Assembly (NCBI GenBank): GCA_040756235.1
Contig: JBFLZG010000025.1
Coordinates: 1-22,894 of the forward strand
DNA length: 22,894 bases
Direction of reading: 5' to 3'
From: a bacterium
Lineage (GTDB): Bacteria > Desulfobacterota > DSWW01
The translations under genes and the position numbers were made by a program. Below the pieces are notes generated by a model, which worked only from the letters and a program-made list of their open reading frames with translations, searched no databases and was not told where the DNA came from. Of the stretch, positions 8,987-16,281 are shown in pieces. The first letter of the stretch is position 1. Each line of letters starts with the position of its first letter.

Positions 8987-9057
8987 TCGCGGTCGGGACC
9001 CCGCTCTTCAGTCATCATCAGCGGCAAGACGGACGAGCCAGAACGAAGGAGCCACGG

Positions 9058-10497
9058 ATGAGGAAGATAGCGTATTGCGGCCTGTTGTTTCTGCTTTCAG
9101 GGGCGCTGCTCGGCGGCCAGTCCGCGTGGGCCATGGAGCCCTACGAGCTCCCGGCCGAGGGGCTGCTCAAGTTCAAGGGGCTCTCGGACGACCCCACGCC
9201 CCTGTACCCCAAAATCGAGTACTACAAGAAGATCATGCCTCAGGAGGCCTGGGACCAGTGCGTCTTCGACCCCGCGGAGAGCAGGGCGGTCTGGGCCGAA
9301 GCGGTGGGGTTCAAGGCACCGGACGTGGTCGGCAAGATCGCACCGGAGATCCCACCCGGCAACTACACCCTGGAGGACAAGCAGAAGTACCCGTTCGACA
9401 AGCTGATGACTCCCTATCATCTTCGGAAATGGAACGAGCCGGGGGCAGGAGGGCTGAATCACGCGGCGAACTTCACGGAGTTCGAGATCCTGCCCACGCG
9501 GCAATACTGGTTTTGCCGCCCCTGGGCCGAGGCCACGTTGAAGAACTCGGGGAAGACCCAGCTGGACAGCCAGGGCTATCTCGTTCCCGAGACCTACGCG
9601 GGCGGCTTCCCTTTTCCGAGACCCTCGGGAGAGCACCACGCCATCCAGATCCTGTACAACCAGATCGAATGCAAGTACTACCCCGGGGATTTCATCATGT
9701 ACAACCCGGTGCTCGGCGTGAGCCCGAGGTTCGGCGTGGACCACTATGGCACCTCCACTTACAAGTGGCTGAAGCTGCAGGGCAGGGCCGTTCATCCGCC
9801 TTACGGCTGGTATGACGAGCGGGCCCGGAAGCAGGGGGAGTCCCTAGAGCAGATCTACACCATGTTTTCCCCGCGCGACTTCTACGGCAACGTCTTCAGC
9901 GCCCTGTTCTATGCCGACCCTCGCAAGGTGCCTACGACTCTGGCCTACGTGAGCATTCTCCGCAGGGTCCGGAAGCTCTCGAGCTCGGACCGGCAGGACC
10001 AAGCGGTGGGGCAGGATTTCTCCTACGACGACGCCGACTTCTTTGCCCAGGCCCTGAGCCCCGAAGTCTATCCCTATGAGATCAGGATCAGGGACGAACG
10101 GGAATACCTGATGCCTGCGAGCGCCGGTTTCGGGGACTGGCTGGACAGCAAGGACCGTTACAAGTGGAAGGACCGCAAGTTCGAGCGCAGGCCGGTGTGG
10201 GTGATCGAAATGATCCAGAAAGACCCGAACTACATCTATAGCAAGCGGGTCCTGTACGTCGACCGGGAGACCCTGCGGTTCTATCTCGAGGAAGTGTACG
10301 ATCAGAAGGGACGTCTATACCGCACGCAGGAGGCCGTGTGGGAGATGATCGAACCGATGGGCTATCTCGACAACACCATCCTTCTCGCCCTGGATTTCAT
10401 CGACGTCCACAGCTCTTGGACCTATGGTTGCGTTCATCCGGCACTCTGGCTAAACCGGGATGAGGTGAGCCTCAAGGGAATGATGCGATCCAAGTAG
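9058..10497 (+). CDS. DUF1329-like periplasmic protein (outer-membrane lipoprotein-sorting fold)
   Basis: RBS AAGGAG, signal peptide, motifs GFPFPRP, YVSILRRVRKLS, FERRPVWVIE...DPNYIYSKRVLYVDRET...YDQKGRLYR. Confidence 0.85.
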   Translation: MRKIAYCGLLFLLSGALLGGQSAWAMEPYELPAEGLLKFKGLSDDPTPLYPKIEYYKKIMPQEAWDQCVFDPAESRAVWAEAVGFKAPDVVGKIAPEIPPGNYTLEDKQKYPFDKLMTPYHLRKWNEPGAGGLNHAANFTEFEILPTRQYWFCRPWAEATLKNSGKTQLDSQGYLVPETYAGGFPFPRPSGEHHAIQILYNQIECKYYPGDFIMYNPVLGVSPRFGVDHYGTSTYKWLKLQGRAVHPPYGWYDERARKQGESLEQIYTMFSPRDFYGNVFSALFYADPRKVPTTLAYVSILRRVRKLSSSDRQDQAVGQDFSYDDADFFAQALSPEVYPYEIRIRDEREYLMPASAGFGDWLDSKDRYKWKDRKFERRPVWVIEMIQKDPNYIYSKRVLYVDRETLRFYLEEVYDQKGRLYRTQEAVWEMIEPMGYLDNTILLALDFIDVHSSWTYGCVHPALWLNRDEVSLKGMMRSK

Positions 10498-10555
10498 AGA
10501 GAGGGCCAAACAGGAGAGAGCCGCGAGCAGGTCGACGCAGGGAGGAGGGGAGCAG

Positions 10556-11926
10556 ATGAAGGTCAAACAAGGCGAGAGGGAAGACTTCCGGCAAAAGAGT
10601 TACTGGTTGACCACGCGCGAGTACACGCCGAACGCAAGCCTCGAAGGGGAGATCGACGTCGACGTGGCCATCATCGGGGGCGGCTTCACGGGCCAGACGA
10701 CGGCCTACTTCCTCAAGACCAAGGAACCCGGAACCCGGGCCGCGCTGCTCGAGGGCCAGGTGATCGGCTTCGGGGCGAGCGGCCGGAACGCCGGGTTCAG
10801 CATGACCAAGTTCGGGCTGATGCACACCATCACGGCGCTGCGCTTCGGCAAGTCGAAGGCGGTCGAGGCACACCTCTACAATTGCCGGGCCGTCGACCTG
10901 CTGCGCGATCTGGTGGCCAGGCTGAAGCTGGACTGCGACTACGAGCATCCGGGCTTCCTCGAGGTTTCCACGTGCAAGGTTCATCAGCAGCGACTGGAGC
11001 ACGAGTACGAGTTCGTGACCAAGAAGCTGGGACTCCGGGAGATCCACTGGATCGACGAGCAAGATCTCAGGTCCAGAGTGAACAGCCCCATGTACGTGGG
11101 CGGAGCCTGGTGGGAGCCACGCACCGGCATCCTGAACCCGGCCAAGCTGGCGTGGAGCTGGAAGGCGGTGATCCAGCCGCTCGGCGTCCAAATCTACGAG
11201 AACACCCCTGTGGTCGAGATCGCCCGAGAGGGCGGACGCTTCAGACTGGACACCCCCGCAGGGCGGGTCCGGGCCGGGAAGGTGGTCCTGGCCACCAACG
11301 CCTGGTCTCACCTGTTCTCCCCGACCAAGCGCAAGCAGGTGCCGGTCTGGACCTACATCGTGCTGACCGAGCCGCTCCGGGAAGCGCACTTTCGGCAAAT
11401 CGGTTGGAGCGGCCGCGAGGGCTTGGAGGATTTCCGCGACCTCGTCCATTACTACCGCCTGACGGCGGACAACCGCATCGTCATGGGCGGCCGCGACGCC
11501 GACGTGACTTACGGCTACGACGTGCCGAGCGCGAAGGACTACAACGAAGAGATCTTCGACGGGCTGAAGAGGGACGTGGTGCAGATGTTCCCGCCCCTCA
11601 AGGGGATCGCGTTCACCCATCAATGGGGCGGGCCGGTTTCGGTTCCGCTGGACCTGGCCCCTGCCCTGGGATACGCGGGCGGGAAGGACATCGTCTACTC
11701 CCTGGGATGCATGGGGCACGCGGTCTCCATGACCCATCTCAACGGACAGACACTGGCCGATCTCGTGCTCGAGCACGATACCGAGCTGACGCGCACCTTC
11801 TTCGTCAACCGCAGGACCATCCCTTATCCACCCGAACCGCTGCGCACCGGAGCCATCAAGGGATTCGTCCGGTTCCTGCGATGGGAGGACGGGAAGTACG
11901 ACAAGTTCGTGATGCGGAAACGCTGA
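10556..11926 (+). CDS. FAD-dependent oxidoreductase, DadA/PuuB (gamma-glutamylputrescine oxidase-like) family
   Basis: RBS GGAGG. SYW...LEGEIDVDVAIIGGGFTG, GFGASGRNAGF, LNPAKLA, IYENTPV, VVLATNA, YYRLTADNRIVMGG, GCMGHAV. Confidence 0.88.
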   Translation: MKVKQGEREDFRQKSYWLTTREYTPNASLEGEIDVDVAIIGGGFTGQTTAYFLKTKEPGTRAALLEGQVIGFGASGRNAGFSMTKFGLMHTITALRFGKSKAVEAHLYNCRAVDLLRDLVARLKLDCDYEHPGFLEVSTCKVHQQRLEHEYEFVTKKLGLREIHWIDEQDLRSRVNSPMYVGGAWWEPRTGILNPAKLAWSWKAVIQPLGVQIYENTPVVEIAREGGRFRLDTPAGRVRAGKVVLATNAWSHLFSPTKRKQVPVWTYIVLTEPLREAHFRQIGWSGREGLEDFRDLVHYYRLTADNRIVMGGRDADVTYGYDVPSAKDYNEEIFDGLKRDVVQMFPPLKGIAFTHQWGGPVSVPLDLAPALGYAGGKDIVYSLGCMGHAVSMTHLNGQTLADLVLEHDTELTRTFFVNRRTIPYPPEPLRTGAIKGFVRFLRWEDGKYDKFVMRKR

Positions 11927-11983
11927 GGCTGCGGCAGAGTGCTCGCTCGCGAGTCTTGCAGGTGGAGGCATCACGATGCTCGC

Positions 11984-12008
11984 GGGCGGACGCTTGCGTC
12001 GCCCCTAC
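11984..12008 (-). repeat. GTAG-type REP-like palindrome
   Basis: The - strand reads GTAGGGGCGACGCAAGCGTCCGCCC; related to 16206-16232. Confidence 0.7.
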
Positions 12009-12075
12009 CAGGAGTCGCCCTCCGGCGCTCGTCCCATCAGCTCGCCACGGCGGTGGCGCTGATGCAGGCCCTTTT

Positions 12076-12118
12076 GCACCCCTCATCCTGACCTTCTCCC
12101 CTCGGCGAGGGGAGAAGG
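12076..12118 (+). repeat. REP-like palindromic repeat (CCCTCAYCCTRACC family), copy A
   Basis: GCACCCCTCATCCTGACCTTCTCCCCTCGGCGAGGGGAGAAGG; 42/43 identical to 20781-20823. Confidence 0.9.
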
Positions 12119-12144
12119 TATGAAGAAATCGACTCTGCCAACGA

Positions 12145-12185
12145 GCAGGCTGTAGGAGCAGGTTTCAAACCTGCTCCTACCGGGA
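12145..12185 (+). repeat. GTAG-type REP-like palindrome; inverted partner at 13738-13778
   Basis: GCAGGCT-GTAGGAGCAGGTTT-C-AAACCTGCTCCTAC-CGGGA. Confidence 0.85.
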
Positions 12186-12229
12186 ATGGCGCGCCCGGGG
12201 GGGGCCGCACTCCCCGTTGATGGTAACGC

Positions 12230-12880
12230 CTACATCGCAGCCGCGGCGGCGGCCAGCGCGTCGCCGTAGCTCTTGTGGCACTTGGTGTAGAAGTCCCGAC
12301 TCTGCAAGTCCTTGCGCCACTTCTCGATGCTCGGGTAGGGCGCGAGATCGACCTGTGCCACCTCGACGGGGTCGAGGGCGGAAAGCAGGGCGAGATCGGC
12401 AAGGGTCAAGTCGCTGCCGGCCAGGTAGCGGGTGCCCTTGAGCCGGCTCTCCACGACCGGCAGAAATCTCTTCAGGAGCTCGAGCCCGTCGGTGATCGAG
12501 CGCTCATTGACCTCCATCTTCAGAAAGGGCGCAAAGACCCGGTTGAACAGGACCTGGCTCAGGGCCGTGGCGACGTGCTGGGACGCGAAGTCCGTCCATT
12601 GATTCGCCAGCGCCCGTTGTCTCGGCTCGGACGGGTAGAGCGCCGAACCCGCTTTTTCAGCCAGGTACCGGACGATGGCATTGCTCTCGAACAGGACGAA
12701 CCCGTCGTCGTCGATCACCGGGACCTTGCCCGCGGGATGCAGCTTCCGGTGCGCCTCCGCCCGGTTCTCTCCCTTTGCGAGATTGACTTCCTTGTACTCG
12801 TACGCCAGGCCAAGGGCGTTCGCAACGAACCTCACCTTGCACGACGGCGGCGAGAGCGCCGCTCCGTAGATCTTGAGCAT
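12230..12880 (-). CDS. Glutathione S-transferase family protein
   Basis: RBS AAAGGAGGT. MLKIYG...SPP...HPAGKVPVIDDDGFVLFESNAIVRYLAEK, YLAGSDLTLADL. Confidence 0.95.
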   Translation of the reverse strand: MLKIYGAALSPPSCKVRFVANALGLAYEYKEVNLAKGENRAEAHRKLHPAGKVPVIDDDGFVLFESNAIVRYLAEKAGSALYPSEPRQRALANQWTDFASQHVATALSQVLFNRVFAPFLKMEVNERSITDGLELLKRFLPVVESRLKGTRYLAGSDLTLADLALLSALDPVEVAQVDLAPYPSIEKWRKDLQSRDFYTKCHKSYGDALAAAAAAM

Positions 12881-12960
12881 GACCGACCTCCTTTCATTTG
12901 TCCCCTTATGGTCGACGCCACGAAGACTCGTCAGTTCCAAGCCTCACGCACAAGGTCTCC

Positions 12961-13644
12961 TCAGACCGGTTTCGACCAGCCGGCGCAATCCGCTGCCGCC
13001 TCGGCCTCGAAGTCCCCGGCAGCCAGGGGGGTAGCCGACCCAACGCGGGGAAGGTAATGGATCTCGAAGACCTCGACCACCTTCTCGTAGGGAAGATCCG
13101 CATAGGCCCCGTGGTCCTTCAGGTATTCCATGTGGCGGTTTCCCAGCCTGTCGAACTGGTGGAAGACGGCATCGTGCTCCCCGTCGAAATCGAGGGGTTT
13201 CACGTTGAAGCGTTCGCACAGGGAGAGGTTGAAGGTGGGCGTCACGCGGATCCAGCGGTTTCGGAGAAACAGCTCCGTGTACCCGTGGAAGTAGAAGACG
13301 TCGCCGCCCATCAGGCTCTTGAGCCGTTCCGTGGTGAGATGGTTGCGCACGTCCGCGAACCTCAGCCGGCTCGGGACCCCCTCCGCCCGGCAGGCTGCTG
13401 CCAGGAGCACGGCCTTGGGAATGCAGAAGCCGCGGCCCCGCGCCAGGGTCGCGCTCGCCTTGAAATGGCTTCGTGAAAGATCCAGGCTGTACGGGTCGTA
13501 TCGGATCTCATCGCGCACGGCATAGAAGATACGGACCGCTTTTTCCGCCGCCCCGGATGCTCCGGCCGCCCGGGAGCGGGCGAACTCGATGATCGCCGGG
13601 GAATCCGCGTCCAGGAATTCCGTGGAGCGCAGGTAGTCTTCCAC
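12961..13644 (-). CDS. Transglutaminase-like superfamily protein
   Basis: GTG start with GGAGG RBS. YL..TEFLD.D.P, IFYAVRDEIRYDPY, GFCIPKAVLLAAACRA.G.PSRLRFADVRNHL, FHGY.E.F...W. Confidence 0.9.
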   Translation of the reverse strand: MEDYLRSTEFLDADSPAIIEFARSRAAGASGAAEKAVRIFYAVRDEIRYDPYSLDLSRSHFKASATLARGRGFCIPKAVLLAAACRAEGVPSRLRFADVRNHLTTERLKSLMGGDVFYFHGYTELFLRNRWIRVTPTFNLSLCERFNVKPLDFDGEHDAVFHQFDRLGNRHMEYLKDHGAYADLPYEKVVEVFEIHYLPRVGSATPLAAGDFEAEAAADCAGWSKPV

Positions 13645-13737
13645 GCCGTGTCCCTCCGCCGTGCTCGAGCTTCTCCCTCTCAGTACAGCTTGCCGGTCGC
13701 ATTTGCAAGCCGGGGGGCGAACCGGCCACGCACATCA

Positions 13738-13778
13738 TCCCGGCAGGGCAGGTTTGAAACCTACCCCCTACAGCCTGC
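13738..13778 (-). repeat. Degenerate inverted copy of the 12145-12185 repeat
   Basis: The - strand reads GCAGGCTGTAGGGGGTAGGTTTCAAACCTGCCCTGCCGGGA. Confidence 0.75.
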
Positions 13779-13859
13779 CTGCGGAGGCGAGGCTTGCGTC
13801 GCGGCCGGCGAGATCAAGAGCCATGACAAGCGTCGAGGGCAGGTCGTGCCCGGGATCTT

Positions 13860-13950
13860 CCCCCCTTTGAAAAAGGGGGGATAGGGGGGATTCTCGAGCC
13901 CAGCTTCTCCGTCCGAAATCCCCCCCAGCCGCCCTTTACGAAAGGGGGCG
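13860..13950. repeat. Inverted pair of CCCCCCTTT/AAAGGGGGG REP-like palindromes
   Basis: CCCCCCTTTGAAAAAGGGGGGATAGGGGGGATT (13860-13892) and AATCCCCCCCAGCCGCCCTTTACGAAAGGGGGCG (13917-13950). Confidence 0.75.
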
Positions 13951-14073
13951 AAGCTTTCGCGGGCGCCGCTTACAATGAGCGCAACGCCGCAGATGGACGT
14001 TTATCGACAGCCTCTACCAAAGGGAGGCGAAGACTTCGGAGAAGATGAGGACGCGGAGGATCCTGGCGGAATT

Positions 14074-15237
14074 TCACCTTTTGAAGATATGGATGATCGA
14101 GCAGGCGGCGTCCGTATGGATGAAGCCGCCCCCGTTGTGCTGCAATCCGACCTTGGCCCCTTCGACCTGTCGCTTGCCCGCCTCGCCGCGGAGCTGCCTG
14201 ACCACCTCGGTGATCTGGGAGATCCCGGTGGCGCCGATCACGTGGCCCTTGGAGAGCAGGCCGCCGCTCGCGTTGACCGGGACCTTGCCCCCGATGTCCG
14301 AGAGACCCTCCTGAATGAAACGGCCGCCCTCCCCTTTCTTGCAGAAGCCCAGGTCCTCGTAGTGGGCGATCTCGGCCATGGCGAAGCAGTCGTGGACTTC
14401 GGCCAGGTCCAGATCGTCGGGTCCGAGGCCGGCCTGTTCATAGGCCATCGCGGCGGCCCGCACGTCACAGTCCAGGCCGGTGAAGCTGCGGTCGTCCGGG
14501 TAGGAGCCGGATACCTGCACGGACGCGGCCACATAGACCGGGGTCGAAGTGAACCGCCTGGCCGCATCGGCGGAAGCGAGAATGGCGGCGGCAGCGCCGT
14601 CGCCCCTGGGGCAGCACTGATAGAGCGTATGCGGATAGGAGATCATCCTGGCGTTCAGGACCTCTTCCAGCGTTACCGGCGTGGTAAGCTGGGCATCCGG
14701 GTTGAGCGCCCCGAACTTGCGGTTCTTCACCGCCACCATGGCGATCTGCTCCCTGGTCGTGCCGAATTCCGCCATGTGCCGGGAAGCCATCAGGGCAAAG
14801 AGCCCCGGACCGGTATAACCCATGTCCCCCTCCCGCTCAGGGTACTGGCGGCCGCCGAAGATACTGAGCATCTTGTCGGAAGAGGCAACGGTCATTTGCT
14901 CGACCCCGAAGGCCAGAGCAATATCGCAGGCACCCGTTGCCACCTTGTACCAGGCCTCCCGGAAGGCGGTCGACCCGGTGGCACAGCCGTTTTCCACACG
15001 GGTGATGGGGATGCGCGTGATGCCCAGCTCCCGGAGCACGACCTGGCCGATGAACAGCCCCTGCCCCCACTCCCACTGCGCCAGGTTGCCCGCGTAGGCC
15101 ACGCCGATGTCCTTGGGTCTCACACCGGCGTCCCGCATCGCCTTGAGGCAGGCTTCCAGCCCGATGTCCCGGATGGATCTGTCCGGTTGCTTGCCGAACT
15201 TCGTTCCGCCGATCCCTATGACCGCGACCTCTCTCAT
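14074..15237 (-). CDS. Thiolase family protein (SCP2-thiolase/BbsB-like, DUF35-partnered)
   Basis: MREVAVIGIGGTKFG, catalytic Cys in VENGCATGS, CCPRGDGAAA, AEVHDCF, VNASGGLLSKGHVIGATG. Confidence 0.93.
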   Translation of the reverse strand: MREVAVIGIGGTKFGKQPDRSIRDIGLEACLKAMRDAGVRPKDIGVAYAGNLAQWEWGQGLFIGQVVLRELGITRIPITRVENGCATGSTAFREAWYKVATGACDIALAFGVEQMTVASSDKMLSIFGGRQYPEREGDMGYTGPGLFALMASRHMAEFGTTREQIAMVAVKNRKFGALNPDAQLTTPVTLEEVLNARMISYPHTLYQCCPRGDGAAAAILASADAARRFTSTPVYVAASVQVSGSYPDDRSFTGLDCDVRAAAMAYEQAGLGPDDLDLAEVHDCFAMAEIAHYEDLGFCKKGEGGRFIQEGLSDIGGKVPVNASGGLLSKGHVIGATGISQITEVVRQLRGEAGKRQVEGAKVGLQHNGGGFIHTDAACSIIHIFKR

Positions 15238-15249
15238 GGTGAGCTGCCC

Positions 15250-15648
15250 TCATCTGACCGGTCTGAACTTGTATCCCATGACCTCGTTGCCGGACTCGTC
15301 CTCGGTGATCTTCTCGATCACCATCTCCACATCCATCCCGATGCGGACCGCTTCCGGCGCCGGCTCACAACCGGTCATGAGCGTGTAGAGCTTGATTCCC
15401 TCGGGCAGCTCGACGAAGGCTGCCAGATAGGGTTTGGGGAGATGAGGAGGCCCCATCACGGAGAGCGTATATGCGTGCAGCTTGCCTCGCCTGCTCAAGG
15501 GGACCTCGCTGAGCTCACCGTCGAAGCATTCCGGGCATACCTCTTTCTTCGGAAAGAACGTTTTCCCGCAGGCCCCGCAACGCGTCCCCACCAGCACGGT
15601 CCCCTCAGGCCCCTCCCCGAACCACTGATCTTCGATGAATTTCTTCAT
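15250..15648 (-). CDS. Zn-ribbon/OB-fold (DUF35) protein, thiolase partner
   Basis: RCGACGKTFFP...CPEC, LSRRGKLHAYT, PY...VELPEG, IGMDVE, YKFRP. Lies 12 nt upstream of the thiolase. Alternative GTG start at 15654. Confidence 0.93.
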   Translation of the reverse strand: MKKFIEDQWFGEGPEGTVLVGTRCGACGKTFFPKKEVCPECFDGELSEVPLSRRGKLHAYTLSVMGPPHLPKPYLAAFVELPEGIKLYTLMTGCEPAPEAVRIGMDVEMVIEKITEDESGNEVMGYKFRPVR

Positions 15649-15700
15649 CGGCACCTTTCCTCTCGCGCGAATGTTTCCACAAAAGGGAGATCCGGCGCCT

Positions 15701-15889
15701 CTACACCGTTATGATAGCCTGCACCGGACAGGCCTCGACGCACATTCTGCAATCGTCGCATTTCGCCTCATCGACAACGGCCTTGCCGTCCTGCGCGGTG
15801 ATCGCCTCGTAGGCGCACACATGGACACATTCCTTGCGGTCCCGCCCCGAGCAACCGGTGCACTTCTCCCTGCTCACACTCGCTGGCAT
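15701..15889 (-). CDS. 2[4Fe-4S] dicluster ferredoxin
   Basis: 62 aa; CxxC-x7-CxxxC and CxxCxxCxxxCP; RBS GAGGAGGAG. Confidence 0.92.
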   Translation of the reverse strand: MPASVSREKCTGCSGRDRKECVHVCAYEAITAQDGKAVVDEAKCDDCRMCVEACPVQAIITV

Positions 15890-15948
15890 GCGTGCTCCTC
15901 CTCTCGCGCAACCGGCCGTGTCACAACCGGCTTGTCATTCCGGCGCAG

Positions 15949-16158
15949 GAGACTGTGTCATAAATCCGGTCAGACCCCCGCGCGACCACTCATTCCGGAG
16001 GACTCAGCGGTGCGGCCACATGCTTTCCGTCATCCCGGCGAAGGCCGGGATCCAGCCCCTGCGCCCAGTTACCACAGCTGGTCTTGGTGCACCCTTCCGG
16101 ATCCCGGCTCCTACGCGCTTCGCGCATGGGCCGGGATGACGAAACATGACACAGCCTC
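15949..16158. mobile_element. 210-bp non-autonomous MITE-like element inserted in a REP palindrome
   Basis: Terminal inverted repeats GAGACTGTGTCAT and ATGACACAGCCTC (12/13 match). Flanked by GCAG and GCAA; the flanks rejoin to GTCATTCCGGC-GCAA-GCGGGAATCC. Confidence 0.65.
16028..16141. repeat. Inverted doublet of CGTC-type REP-like palindromes, inside the MITE-like element
   Basis: CGTCATCCCGGCGAAGGCCGGGATCCA (16028-16054) and CGGATCCCGGCTC...GGGCCGGGATGACG (16098-16141). Confidence 0.85.
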
Positions 16159-16205
16159 GCAAGCGGGAATCCCGCCGCGCCCCGGGATCCCGGGACGGGC
16201 AGCGC

Positions 16206-16232
16206 GTAGGGGCGACCGCCGGTCGCCCCTAC
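16206..16232. repeat. GTAG-type REP-like palindrome
   Basis: GTAGGGGCGACCG-C-CGGTCGCCCCTAC. Confidence 0.85.
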
Positions 16233-16281
16233 CATGCCCTGTGCCAGGGTGGGCCGGGATGACGTGCGCCTGTTCCAGGTA

